A stretch of 64,000 nucleotides of DNA from an uncultured Gemmatimonadota bacterium (GCA_964490075.1 CAZBBK010000002.1:50105-114104), one strand, 5' to 3'; shown: positions 9,384 through 19,519, numbered from the stretch's first letter. The notes: a model not told the origin generated them from the letters alone. Made by a program: numbers and translations.

Positions 9384-11270
9384 GTGGTGTTTCGCTCTTC
9401 TCGGCCCGTTCCCCCCCCCGCCGTGCTCCTGTTGCTGCTCGCCTGCCTCCTCGTGTCGGCAGGCGCCGGGCGGGCGCGGGCGGCTTGGAGCGACGAGCAG
9501 CCGCCGCTCGCCATCCGCTCGATCCGCTTCGAGGGCAACCGCGAGCTCTCGCGCGCCTCCCTGCTCGACGCGATGCAGCTCTCCGAGGCCACCACGTGGC
9601 GCCGCACCCTCGGCCTGGAAGATATCGAGTTCGATCCGCTCAAGTACCAGATGGACGTGCGCGCGATTCGCTATCGCTACCAGCGCCAGGGCTTCGTACG
9701 CGCCGCCGTGAAGGCCGAGCGGGTGCGCGTCGACTCGCTGGCTCAAGCGGTCGACCTGGTGATCAACATCGAGGAGGGGCCCCGCTACCGCTTCGGACGG
9801 GTATCGGTGCAGGGCGCCGCGCTGATCGATCCCGAGAATATCTGGCCGCTGCTCGGCACCCGCCCGGGCGAGCCGGCCAACCTGCACCAGGTGAAAGCCG
9901 ACGCCGGCACGGTGCGCACCCACTACCGCAACCGCGGCTTCGTGCGCGCCCGGGTCGACTTTGAGAACACGATTCGTGAGGACGATTGGAGCGTCGATAC
10001 CGTCTTCCAAATCAACGAAGAGCAGCCCTACACGATCGGCAAGGTCTACACCCGAGGCAATCTCGAAACCCGTGACGCGATCGTGCTCCGCGAGATCGCC
10101 ACGCGAGGGGGTCAGCTCTACAACCTCGAGACGGTCCTATCCGACGAGCGCAATCTCTACAACACCGGGCTCTTTTCCGGCGTCAAGGTCAGCGAATCGG
10201 CGCTCGACTCGATCCGCCACACCGTGAACCTGCGGGTCGAGGTGATCGAGCGCAGCCCGCGCTGGATCTCCTTCGCGCTCGGTTCGAGCACCGATGAACG
10301 CGAAAACGTGCGCCTCTCCGCCGATTGGGGCCACAAGAACCTCTTCGGCACCGCCCGCCTGGTGACCCTGCGCGGCCTCGCCACCTGGCAGTTCAGCCGC
10401 TTCTTCGACAAGCGCAAGCTCGACCCGATCGCCAGCCGGGTCGAGATCGCCTATCTGCAGCCCTGGATCTTCGGCTACCGGATCAGCGTCGGAGGCACGG
10501 TGTTCAGCGCCCAGGAGATCCCCCTCGGGCGCCAGGACCGGCTCAGCACCCACGGCATCACCGCCCGGCTCCTGCGCCGCATCGGCACCGAGGCCGAGCT
10601 CTACCTCGAGCCGAAGCTGCAGTGGGCCAACGAGTCGACCGAGGATCGCATCCTCGACCGCGACATCAGCCAGACCAAGAGCGTCACCCTTGCCTATCGC
10701 CGCGACTCGCGCCTCAACGTCTTCGCGCCGCGCCGCGGCACCGCCACCAGTCTCACATTGACCCACGCCGGCGGGGTGCTCGGCGGCGACTTCGATTTCC
10801 GCCGCGCCACCGCCAGCCATGCCCGCTTCCTCGACCTGGGCGACGGCAGCGTCGCCGCGGCGCGCCTCTCCTGCGGCGCCGCGGCCCCCTTCGACGACTC
10901 GGACGAAATCCCCCTCGACCAGGTCTTCACGGCCGGCGGCGCCAGCACGGTGCGCGGCTACCTGGAAGGGGGGCTCGGCACCGCCGACACGCCCGAAGAG
11001 GGGGGACGGGTGCTGCTCCTGGCCAACCTGGAGCTGCGCCAGCGCATCGCCGGCTACTTGGGCATCGCCCCCTTCCTCGACGGCGCTCAGGTCTGGCCCT
11101 ACCTCTCGGCGCTCCGACCGGTGGCCGATATGCGATGGAGCACCGGCGCCGAGCTGCGCTACCAGACCCCGATCGGACCCTTGCGCATCGGCTACGGAGT
11201 GAAGCTCAACCCGGCCGCCGGAGATCCCCATCCGGGATCGTGGTTCTTCGGTTTCGGGCAGGTGTTCTGA
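9384..11270 (+). CDS. bamA: Omp85-family outer membrane protein assembly factor (BamA/TamA-like)
   Basis: signal peptide, POTRA-like repeats, C-terminal beta-barrel ending in an aromatic residue (...GFGQVF); sits in the cdsA-rseP-bamA context and directly upstream of tamB. Confidence 0.78.
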   Translation: MVFRSSRPVPPPAVLLLLLACLLVSAGAGRARAAWSDEQPPLAIRSIRFEGNRELSRASLLDAMQLSEATTWRRTLGLEDIEFDPLKYQMDVRAIRYRYQRQGFVRAAVKAERVRVDSLAQAVDLVINIEEGPRYRFGRVSVQGAALIDPENIWPLLGTRPGEPANLHQVKADAGTVRTHYRNRGFVRARVDFENTIREDDWSVDTVFQINEEQPYTIGKVYTRGNLETRDAIVLREIATRGGQLYNLETVLSDERNLYNTGLFSGVKVSESALDSIRHTVNLRVEVIERSPRWISFALGSSTDERENVRLSADWGHKNLFGTARLVTLRGLATWQFSRFFDKRKLDPIASRVEIAYLQPWIFGYRISVGGTVFSAQEIPLGRQDRLSTHGITARLLRRIGTEAELYLEPKLQWANESTEDRILDRDISQTKSVTLAYRRDSRLNVFAPRRGTATSLTLTHAGGVLGGDFDFRRATASHARFLDLGDGSVAAARLSCGAAAPFDDSDEIPLDQVFTAGGASTVRGYLEGGLGTADTPEEGGRVLLLANLELRQRIAGYLGIAPFLDGAQVWPYLSALRPVADMRWSTGAELRYQTPIGPLRIGYGVKLNPAAGDPHPGSWFFGFGQVF

Positions 11271-14200
11271 TGCGCCGCAGACGACGCATCGCCTGGCGCG
11301 TGCTGCTCGCGGTGGCGGCGCTCGGACTGCTGGTGGGCATCGTGTTCCGGGTCGGCGCCGGCTGGCCCATGACCCGCGCCCTGCTCAACGCCACGCTGCT
11401 GGAGCCCTTCGATTGTGAGCTGGCCGGCGGTCGCGTGCGCTGGTCGCTGGTGCCGCGGGTGCGGATCGACGCCCGCGACGTTTCGCTGCTGGGGGCTGGA
11501 TTCACGGCCTCGGTGGGACGCTTCCATGCCCAGCTCTCGGGTGTCGAGCTGCTGGCCGGAAAGCTGGCCCTCTCCGAGCTGCACGCCGAAAAAGTGCGCA
11601 TCGACCTGGCGGCGGGACAGGGAGGCGCGGAGACGCCGCAGCTCCCCGATCCGGCCGCGCTCGCCCTGCCCCTGACGCGGCTGCGCTGCGAGAGCATCGC
11701 GCTGGAGGATCTGCTCCTGACCCGGGAAGGCTCATCGGCCGACTTCGAGCTGGCGGTGCTCAGCGGCAGCCTCGATCGCCGCCCCGAGGGTCCGACCCTG
11801 GCGATCGACACCCTCGCCGCCTTGGTCGAGCTGCCCCAACCCTTGATTCTGCGCGCGGCGGGCGCGGAGCTCGTGGCCTGGCCCGAACGCTTCCAGGCGC
11901 GCAAGCTCTGCGCCGAGATCGGCACCGGAAGGCTCGAAGGCGACGCCGGCCTGTGGCCGGGGGCGCAGGGTCCCGCCTGGGAGCTCGAGCTCGACTTCGA
12001 CCGCTTCTCGCTGCAAGCCATCCGCGGCCTGGTCGACGCCACGCTGACCCGCGCCGAGAGCCGCCTGAGCGGCCATCTGCAGGCGCGCGGCGAGGCCGAC
12101 ACCATCCACTTCGCGGGTCGCGTGCAGGGATTCGTCGATCCGATCGAGATCGATGCCGAGGCGGTCGCCGGCTGGTGGGACGGCACCGAGCTGGTGCTGG
12201 CGCAGGGGCGCGGGCTCGTCGAAGAGATCGGGATCGACGTGGCCAGCGCGGCGATCGATCCGCGCACTCAGGACTACCGGCTGCAAGGGATCGTGAGCGA
12301 CTTCGACCTGGAGCCCCATCTCGACTTCATGGCCGGCACCGTGCTGAGCGGGCCGGTGGAGCTGGAAGGCTCGCATTTCGGCGGCGAGGAGCTCTGGATC
12401 GACGCCCGGGCAGCGCGGCTGCAGGGCTCGGTGTTCGGACTTGCGCTGGAAGGAGGCGCCCTGGACCTGCGCTACGCCGATCAGCACTTCGCCTTCGACA
12501 GCCTGAGGGTCGGCTGGCCGGGCGCCGCCGTGGCCGCGCGCGGCACGGTCGACCTCGACAGCGAGCGCATGCGCTGGGACGGCCATCTGGCGCTGCGGCC
12601 GGAATCCCCCTTCTTCGCCAGCTTCGTGCCGGTCGAGGGGCTGCGCTGTGCGCTGCGGGCCGACGGGCGTCTTGGCGGTCCCCTGGAAACTCCCCGCCTG
12701 ACCGCCACCTACGCCGGCGGGCACCTCGAGTACGGCGCCCTGCTGCTGGACGAGCTGCGCGGCGAGGTCGATCTCGATTCGGTGTTCCATCGGCCGACCG
12801 GCCGAGCCGCGCTGCGCGGCGCGGGCGCTCTCGGCGTGCTGCCGATCACCATCGACGAGAGCGCGCTGGTGGTGCGCGGACGCGAGCTCTTCCTCACGGA
12901 GCTCTTGGCCCACCAGGAGCGGCGCCGGATTCGCGCCAGCGGCCCGCTGCGAATCGACCAGGGGTTGTCCGGAGACCTCGGCGAGCTGGCCCTCGACTCG
13001 CCCTTCGGTGGGGCGGTGGCGGGCGACACGGTGCACTTCGCGAGCGATTCGATCGCCTTCCACCTCGCGCCCACCACGATCCACCTGGCCGGCGGCGACC
13101 TGAGCCTGGAGGGTCGCTGGAGCGGGGAAGAGGGGCTGGACATGGGCTTCGCCTGTGAGCGCATCGATCTCGAGCGCCTGGTGCGCCTCGGGGGCGGCGC
13201 GGCGCGCAGCGCGGCGGGGCGGCTGAGCGGCCAGGGACGAATCAAGGGCACTTTCGAGGATCCCGGCGTCAGCGGCGAGTGGCGCGTGGAGGGACTCCAG
13301 GTCGGGCCGGCGCACCTAGGCGAGCTGCGCGCGGGAGCCGCCCTGCGGCACGGGCGGATCCACGTCGATCACCTCAGAGCCCAGCACCGCGGCTCGACGC
13401 TGCGCGCCTTCGGGGACTATCCGCTCGGACCTCAGCTCGGCTGGCATCCCCTTCCAGGCGCGCCCGACAGCGTCTTCCTCAACCTGGAGCTGGAGGAGTG
13501 GAGCCTGGCCGAGCTGGGAGCGCTGGTGGCACTCGATTCGCTGGGCGGCCAGGTCGACGCGCACGCACGGCTCTCGGGCACCCTGGCCGCACCGCAGCTC
13601 GCCCTCTCGGCCGACGCCTTCGCGCTGACGGTGCTGGGGGACGACTACGGCGAGCTCAGCCTCGAGACCGAGTTCCAGGCCGGCCGGCTACACCTCCGGG
13701 CCCGCGACCAGGCCGGTTCCCAGGCTCGCGGCACGGTACCCTTCGACTTCACACTGGCGCCGCCCGCCTTCGCCCCGGGGGACGATTCGCTGAGCGTCGA
13801 GCTCAGCCTGCGAGAGATCGACGCCGCCTTCCTGCGCCATCTGGTTCCCGACATCGACTCGGCCGGCGGCCCTTTGAGCTTCGAAGGGCGTCTCGGAGGG
13901 CAGCTGCCCTGGCCCGACGCCTATGGCGAGCTGCGGGCCCGGCAGGGGAGGGTGCGCCTGATCTGGATGGACGTGCCGCTGCACGCGATCTCGGGCAGGG
14001 TGCGAGTCGACGGAACGCGGGCACGGGTCGAGCGGGCCACCGGCCGCATGGGGGCCGAGGGGCGCTTCGAGGCTGCCGGGTTGGTGCGCCTCGACGACTT
14101 CGTGCCGGTCGACTACGACCTGGAGGTGAGCGGCAAGGCGCTGCCGATCGGCTGGATTCCCGATCTGCGTGCGGTGGTGGACGCCGATCTGCGCTTTGCC

Positions 14201-15121
14201 GACAACGTCCACATCAGCGGCGACGTCCAGGTGCACGAGGCGGTCTACAGCCGCGCCTTCGGCGAGGAGCCGGAGCCGATTCCGCCGCCCGCCTTGCCGG
14301 GCGAGGAGCTGCCCTTCGCGCTCAGCTACGACTTGATGCTCGAAGGCGATCGCAACATCTGGCTGCGCAACACCGAAGCGGAGATGGAGCTGCGCGGCAA
14401 GGCGCACCTGCAGAGTCTGGCCGAGTACGACGAGCTGCCCTTCACCATCCAGGGCGAGCTCGAGGTGATCCGCGGCACCTATACCCTGCTGGGCAAGAAC
14501 TCGTTCGAGATCGAGCGCGGCACGATCCGCATGCTCGATCCCTCGGTCCTCGATCCGGAGATGGAGGTCGAGGCGCGGGCCACCTTGCGTGAGCGGGTGC
14601 GCGACGAACAGGGCCGCTACCAGAGCCGCTCCGTGCCGATCCATCTCTCCCTCACCGGGGAGTTCTTTTCCGACCTGACCTACCAGTTCACCGATCTGTC
14701 GCAAGGCCACGCCCCGATCCCGATCGAGGACATGGTCCTGCTGCTCACCTTCGGGCGGCGCCGCGCGGCCATCGATCAAGGCGGTCTCTACGACCAGAGC
14801 ACGGCCGCCGCCGACGCCAGCGCCATCACCGCCCAGCTGCTGGAGACCCGGGTCAGCGAGCTGCTCGATATCTCGCTCGACATCAGCACCGGCAGCAGCT
14901 CCCCCCTGGAGTCGCTCGACGAGACCTACGTGGGACTCGGCAAGTATCTGAATCCGAAGCTCTTCGTCTACTACAGCCAGTACCTCTCCGCCGACCCGCG
15001 GCGGCGCCTGGGCGTGGAGTACGCCTTCACCGACCAGGTGCTGGTCGCCGGCGAGCTCGACGAGACCGATCCCAACGCCTCGCGCTACAACGTCGATCTG
15101 CGCTACCGGCTGGAGTACTGA
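11270..15121 (+). CDS. tamB: translocation and assembly module protein TamB (AsmA-like, DUF490 C-terminus)
   Basis: ATG 11270 overlaps the bamA stop; N-terminal signal-anchor MRRRRRIAWRVLLAVAALGLLVGIV; about 1283 aa; C-terminus ...LGKYLNPKLFVYYSQYL...NVDLRYRLEY typical of TamB. Confidence 0.8.
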   Translation: MRRRRRIAWRVLLAVAALGLLVGIVFRVGAGWPMTRALLNATLLEPFDCELAGGRVRWSLVPRVRIDARDVSLLGAGFTASVGRFHAQLSGVELLAGKLALSELHAEKVRIDLAAGQGGAETPQLPDPAALALPLTRLRCESIALEDLLLTREGSSADFELAVLSGSLDRRPEGPTLAIDTLAALVELPQPLILRAAGAELVAWPERFQARKLCAEIGTGRLEGDAGLWPGAQGPAWELELDFDRFSLQAIRGLVDATLTRAESRLSGHLQARGEADTIHFAGRVQGFVDPIEIDAEAVAGWWDGTELVLAQGRGLVEEIGIDVASAAIDPRTQDYRLQGIVSDFDLEPHLDFMAGTVLSGPVELEGSHFGGEELWIDARAARLQGSVFGLALEGGALDLRYADQHFAFDSLRVGWPGAAVAARGTVDLDSERMRWDGHLALRPESPFFASFVPVEGLRCALRADGRLGGPLETPRLTATYAGGHLEYGALLLDELRGEVDLDSVFHRPTGRAALRGAGALGVLPITIDESALVVRGRELFLTELLAHQERRRIRASGPLRIDQGLSGDLGELALDSPFGGAVAGDTVHFASDSIAFHLAPTTIHLAGGDLSLEGRWSGEEGLDMGFACERIDLERLVRLGGGAARSAAGRLSGQGRIKGTFEDPGVSGEWRVEGLQVGPAHLGELRAGAALRHGRIHVDHLRAQHRGSTLRAFGDYPLGPQLGWHPLPGAPDSVFLNLELEEWSLAELGALVALDSLGGQVDAHARLSGTLAAPQLALSADAFALTVLGDDYGELSLETEFQAGRLHLRARDQAGSQARGTVPFDFTLAPPAFAPGDDSLSVELSLREIDAAFLRHLVPDIDSAGGPLSFEGRLGGQLPWPDAYGELRARQGRVRLIWMDVPLHAISGRVRVDGTRARVERATGRMGAEGRFEAAGLVRLDDFVPVDYDLEVSGKALPIGWIPDLRAVVDADLRFADNVHISGDVQVHEAVYSRAFGEEPEPIPPPALPGEELPFALSYDLMLEGDRNIWLRNTEAEMELRGKAHLQSLAEYDELPFTIQGELEVIRGTYTLLGKNSFEIERGTIRMLDPSVLDPEMEVEARATLRERVRDEQGRYQSRSVPIHLSLTGEFFSDLTYQFTDLSQGHAPIPIEDMVLLLTFGRRRAAIDQGGLYDQSTAAADASAITAQLLETRVSELLDISLDISTGSSSPLESLDETYVGLGKYLNPKLFVYYSQYLSADPRRRLGVEYAFTDQVLVAGELDETDPNASRYNVDLRYRLEY

Positions 15122-16332
15122 TGCGAGCCTTCGGTCGCAAGCTGCCGCCGCTCTCGTCGACCCTCTTGATGGTCTACGTGCTCCTCGGCGCGGTGCTCGC
15201 CACCGGCGGCGCATTCCTCTACGTCCACGGTCTGCTGCGCGCCCTCAAGCAGGACGCGCAGGTGGTGAGCGAGGTCTACGGGCGTTTTTGCACCATTGCC
15301 GGCGATCCCGACGGCGACGCCGAGGCGCTCGACGTGATCTTCGACCATGTCATCCGGCGCATCGACTTCCCGGTGATCATCACCGACGCCGAAGGGGTGC
15401 CGCGCCACTGGGTCAACGTCGGCCTGGCCCCCGATGCCGACGATCCAGCACGCCTGCTCTCGATGATCGACGAGATGGATCGCCGTGCGGCGCCGATCGA
15501 TGTGCGGGTCGGACGCGAGGGACCGCTGATCAGCCGCGTCCACTTCGCCGAGTCCGATCGGATCAAGGACCTGCGCCGGATCCCTTTCATTCTGGTCGGC
15601 GTGATCCTGCTCTTCTTCGGGGTCGGGCTGTGGATCATCTACCTGCTGCGCGAGCAGGAACATCGGGCGCTCTGGGTCGGATTGGCGCGCGAGACCGCTC
15701 ACCAGCTCGGCACCCCGCTCTCCGGCCTGGCCGGATGGGTCGAGCTGCTCGGCGAGGGCAGTCTCGGCCCCGAGGCGGCCGCGGCGGAGATGACGGTGGA
15801 GCTCACCCGCCTGGAGGCGGTGGCGTCGCGTTTCAGCCGCATCGGTTCGCGGCCGCAGCTCGATGCCGTCGATCTGGGCGCGGTGGTGGGCGAGGTGATC
15901 GAGCGTTTTCGGCGCCGCTCCAGCTCCTCGGTGGTGCGCTTCGAGGAGGCGCACGATTCCGACGCCGTGGTGCGCGGCGACCGCCAGCTGCTGGCCTGGG
16001 TGGTCGAGAACCTGGTCGGCAACGCCGTCGACGCCTGCCGTGCGGGCGGCGATCATGGCACCATCTCGGTGCGCTGCGCGATCGACGCCGAGGCCGGCCG
16101 CATCCGCCTCCAGGTGGGCGACGACGGCCGCGGCATGACACTGAACGAGGCCCGCCGCGCCTTTCGCCCCGGCCACACCACCAAGGCAACCGGCTGGGGA
16201 CTGGGACTGGCGCTGGCGCGTAGAATCGTGGAGGACGATCATGGCGGGCGCATCTTCTGCGCCCGAACCCGCCCCGGCGAGGGCACCACCATCGAGGTGC
16301 AGCTACCGCTCCACCTGTCGCATCCGAGCTGA
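15121..16332 (+). CDS. two-TM sensor histidine kinase (PorY-like architecture)
   Basis: start overlaps the tamB stop; two TM helices, H-box HQLGTPLS, HATPase_c (GNAVDA...DDGRGM...GWGLGLALA). Confidence 0.8.
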   Translation: MRAFGRKLPPLSSTLLMVYVLLGAVLATGGAFLYVHGLLRALKQDAQVVSEVYGRFCTIAGDPDGDAEALDVIFDHVIRRIDFPVIITDAEGVPRHWVNVGLAPDADDPARLLSMIDEMDRRAAPIDVRVGREGPLISRVHFAESDRIKDLRRIPFILVGVILLFFGVGLWIIYLLREQEHRALWVGLARETAHQLGTPLSGLAGWVELLGEGSLGPEAAAAEMTVELTRLEAVASRFSRIGSRPQLDAVDLGAVVGEVIERFRRRSSSSVVRFEEAHDSDAVVRGDRQLLAWVVENLVGNAVDACRAGGDHGTISVRCAIDAEAGRIRLQVGDDGRGMTLNEARRAFRPGHTTKATGWGLGLALARRIVEDDHGGRIFCARTRPGEGTTIEVQLPLHLSHPS

Positions 16333-16334
16333 TC

Positions 16335-17885
16335 ATGCCCAGTCCCGCACACATCCTCTGGGTCGACGACGAGATCGACAGCCTGCGCTCGCTCCTGGTG
16401 TCGCTGGAGAGCGCCGGCCACCGCGTCACGGCGGTCACCAACGGCGACGACGCGATTCAGCATCTGCGCCGCGGCGGGATCGACCTGGTGCTGCTCGACG
16501 AGATGATGACCGGCCTCGACGGGATCGCGACGCTGGTCGCGATGCGCGAGATCGACCCCGCGGTCCCGGTGGTGATGGTGACCAAGATCGAGGAAGAGGA
16601 GCTGATGAACCGCGCCTACGAGGCGCGCGCCGACGACTACCTGATCAAGCCGGTGCGCCCCTCGCAGGTGCGGGCCGTGATCAAGAAGCTGCTCGACTCC
16701 GAGCGCATCGTGGGGGAGGGGATCCGGCGCAACTACGGTCGCGAGATGGCGCGCGTCGGCGCCGAGCTTTCCGAAGGGCTCGATGCCGAGGGCTGGATCG
16801 AGACCGCGCACTGGCTCTTTCGGCGCCAGATCGAGCTGGAGCGGCTGCGCGATGCGGTGCTGCTCGACACCCACGCCGGCCTGCGCCGGGATGCCAACCG
16901 CGCCTTCTTCCGCCACCTGGCGGCGGCCTATCCGAGCTGGCTCGAAGAGGGGGGACCGCTGCTCTCGCACCGCGTCGTGGAGCGCAAGGTGGTGCCGCAT
17001 CTGCGCCAGGGCGAGCGGGTGCTCTTCCTGGTGCTCGATTGCGTGCGCGCCGACCAGTGGATGGCGCTGGAGCCGCACCTGCGCCGGCTCTTCGCGGTGG
17101 AGCCGGCCTTCGGCCTTTCGCTCTTGCCGACCGCCACCCCCTTTGCCCGCAACGCGCTTTTCGCGGGCCAGCTTCCGGCGCAGATTCGCCGTCTCCATCC
17201 CGCGCTCTGGGAGGACGATTTCTCCGTGGAGAGCTCGCTGAACCGCCACGAGAAGGAGCTCTTGCGCCTGGCCCTGCGCGAGCACGGCCTCGGCGGCTGC
17301 TCGTTTCGCTACGAGCGGGTCGACGGTGGCGCGGCGGCCCAGCAGCTGGCGCAGCGCCTGGCTTCGGCCTCCGACGTGCAGCTCTACGCGGTGGTCTACG
17401 GCTTCGTCGACATCCTGGTGCACAAACGCAGCGAGTCGGAGGTGATCCAGGAGATCACCGCCACCGAGGCGGCCTACCGCGCCCTGACCGCCACCTGGTT
17501 CGCCCACTCGCCGCTGCGCGCCGTGCTGGCGGCCGCCGCCAAGGCGGGTCGCACGGTGGTGCTCACCTCCGACCACGGCTCGGTCACCGTGCAGCGCCGC
17601 GCCGGGGTGGTCGGCGATCGCCGCACCACCACCGCGGTGCGCTACAAGATCGGCCGCAATATCCACGCCGATCCCCGCCACGCCCTCGACATCCGCGATC
17701 CCGAGCGCTGGGGCCTGCCGACGCCCTCGATCAACAGCAACTACCTGGTCGCCTCGGAGGACCATTTCTTCGTCTATCCGAACCAGCAGCGGGCCTACGA
17801 GCGGCGCCTGACGGGCACCCTGCAGCACGGCGGCGCCAGTCTCGAGGAGATGGTGGTCCCGGTGGCCACCCTGAGGCCGCGATGA
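16335..17885 (+). CDS. response regulator with receiver domain fused to an alkaline-phosphatase-superfamily (PglZ-like) domain (PorX-like architecture)
   Basis: N-terminal CheY-like REC (ILWVDDE...DLVLLDEMM...LIKP); C-terminal about 350 aa with a VVLTSDHGSV metal-site motif; 516 aa, which is the size of PorX. Confidence 0.65.
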   Translation: MPSPAHILWVDDEIDSLRSLLVSLESAGHRVTAVTNGDDAIQHLRRGGIDLVLLDEMMTGLDGIATLVAMREIDPAVPVVMVTKIEEEELMNRAYEARADDYLIKPVRPSQVRAVIKKLLDSERIVGEGIRRNYGREMARVGAELSEGLDAEGWIETAHWLFRRQIELERLRDAVLLDTHAGLRRDANRAFFRHLAAAYPSWLEEGGPLLSHRVVERKVVPHLRQGERVLFLVLDCVRADQWMALEPHLRRLFAVEPAFGLSLLPTATPFARNALFAGQLPAQIRRLHPALWEDDFSVESSLNRHEKELLRLALREHGLGGCSFRYERVDGGAAAQQLAQRLASASDVQLYAVVYGFVDILVHKRSESEVIQEITATEAAYRALTATWFAHSPLRAVLAAAAKAGRTVVLTSDHGSVTVQRRAGVVGDRRTTTAVRYKIGRNIHADPRHALDIRDPERWGLPTPSINSNYLVASEDHFFVYPNQQRAYERRLTGTLQHGGASLEEMVVPVATLRPR

Positions 17886-18367
17886 GCACCTGGATGAGCC
17901 GCTCGGTCGGCGCCACGCGGCGTCTGGGCGAGGCGCTCGGTCGCGCCGCCGAGCCGGGCGACTGCCTCTTGCTGCGCGGGCCGCTGGGCGCGGGCAAGAC
18001 CGAGCTGGTGCGCGGGCTGGCGCGCGGGCTCGGCTGCACGGCGCGGGTGCGCTCGCCCACCTTCAACCTGGTGCACCGCCTGGAAGGGGGGCGGCTGGTC
18101 CTGCACCACCTCGATCTCTACCGGATCGAGGATCCGCGCGAGCTGCGCGAGCTGGGACTGGAGGAGGCGCTGGGGGGGGAAGGGGTGGCGGCGGTCGAGT
18201 GGAGCGAACGACTGGGGGGGCACGCTCCCGCGGCGGCGCTTACTTGCGATCTGGCGCTCGAAGGCGAGAGCCGGCGCAGCATCCGCCTGGAGGCGCGTGG
18301 CGAGCATTGCGCGCGTTGGCTGCATGCCGCGCGCCGGGAGGGCTGGGATGAAGATCCTGGGTATTGA
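17882..18367 (+). CDS. tsaE: tRNA t6A37 biosynthesis ATPase TsaE
   Basis: internal ATG overlapping the RR stop; Walker A GPLGAGKTELVRGLARGLG; about 161 aa. Confidence 0.8.
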   Translation: MSTWMSRSVGATRRLGEALGRAAEPGDCLLLRGPLGAGKTELVRGLARGLGCTARVRSPTFNLVHRLEGGRLVLHHLDLYRIEDPRELRELGLEEALGGEGVAAVEWSERLGGHAPAAALTCDLALEGESRRSIRLEARGEHCARWLHAARREGWDEDPGY

Positions 18368-19049
18368 AGCGTCGGGCGCCATCAGCGGCGCGGCGCTGCT
18401 CATCGATGAGCACGGACCCAGCACCGTGGAGCTGGCCGGGCGCGGGCGCCACGCGCGAAGCGTGAGCGAGGCGGTGGCGATGCTGCTACAGAGCCTCGAC
18501 CTGGAGCCGAGCGCCGTCGACCTGGTCGCGGTCGGCCGCGGACCCGGCTCATTCACCGGCGTGCGGGTGGCGATGGGAGTGGCGAAGGGCTTCGCCGTGG
18601 GCCGCGGGATCGAGATCGTCGGGGTGTCGTCGCTAGCGGCGATCGCGGCGTCGGCCTGTGTCGAAGGCTCGGTGGTGCTGGCGGCCGCCGACGCCCGGCG
18701 CGGCGAAATCTACGCCGGCCTCTTCGCGCCCGATCCGACCGCGCTCTTGCCCCTGCCGCTGAGCGAAGAGGTCGCCATCGGCCTGCCGCGGCTCGGCGGC
18801 TGGCTGCGCGCCGGGCTGCCCAAGGGGCTCGCTCTCACGGTCGCCGGCGATGGGGCCGAGAAGGCGGCCGCGGCGCTGCTGGACGATCCCGAGCTGGAGC
18901 TCCCGGTGCGCCTCGCGGCACCGGAGGCACGCCGCTCGGCCGCGCCGGGATGCGTCGCTCGTCTCGGCCTGGCCCGCCACCGCGCCGACGGCGCCGATGA
19001 TCCCGAAGCCCTCGATCCGGTCTACATCCGGCCGGGGGTGGGAGGATGA
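18348..19049 (+). CDS. tsaB: tRNA t6A37 biosynthesis protein TsaB (YeaZ)
   Basis: MKILGIEASGAISGAALL...GRGPGSFTGVRV; placed in a tsaE-tsaB-rimI arrangement. Confidence 0.8.
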   Translation: MKILGIEASGAISGAALLIDEHGPSTVELAGRGRHARSVSEAVAMLLQSLDLEPSAVDLVAVGRGPGSFTGVRVAMGVAKGFAVGRGIEIVGVSSLAAIAASACVEGSVVLAAADARRGEIYAGLFAPDPTALLPLPLSEEVAIGLPRLGGWLRAGLPKGLALTVAGDGAEKAAAALLDDPELELPVRLAAPEARRSAAPGCVARLGLARHRADGADDPEALDPVYIRPGVGG

Positions 19050-19519
19050 AGACCCGCCGCGCCTTCGCCACCGACCTGCCGCGCCTGCTCGAGCTGGAGC
19101 GGCGCATCTTTCCCGATCCCTGGTCGCGGGAGATGTTCCTCGAGCAGATGGCGGAGGGGCTGGTGCTGGTCGCCTCGCTGGAGACGCGGTCCCCGATATT
19201 CGGCTACGTCGCCGCGGTGCGCGAGTATCGACGGGTTCACATCACCAACCTGGCGGTCGAGCGGGGCGAACGGCGGCGGGGGAGCGGTCGCCGGCTGCTC
19301 GATGCCGTGCTCGACGCCGGCCGCAGAGACGGCGCGCGCAGTGCTCTCTTGGAGGTGAGAGCGTCCAACGCGGCGGCCGCCGCCCTGTATACTGCGGCCG
19401 GATTTCGCCCGGTCGGCCGCCGCGCGGGCTTCTACCCGCGCGATCTCATCGGAGCCCGCGAGGATGCCGTGGTCTATCGCCTCGAGCTGCATCCGCTATC
19501 GAACCAGAGCAGTCCATGA
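19046..19519 (+). CDS. rimI: ribosomal-protein-alanine N-acetyltransferase (GNAT)
   Basis: GNAT motif ITNLAVERGERRRGSGRRLL; conserved position after tsaB. Confidence 0.75.
   Translation: MKTRRAFATDLPRLLELERRIFPDPWSREMFLEQMAEGLVLVASLETRSPIFGYVAAVREYRRVHITNLAVERGERRRGSGRRLLDAVLDAGRRDGARSALLEVRASNAAAAALYTAAGFRPVGRRAGFYPRDLIGAREDAVVYRLELHPLSNQSSP

Noticed and set aside
16335-17885. PglZ domain as evidence of a BREX phage-defence system
   Set aside because: No pglX methyltransferase, brxC ATPase, brxA/B or brxL genes are adjacent. The domain is fused to a receiver and follows a histidine kinase, i.e. PorX-type signalling rather than BREX.
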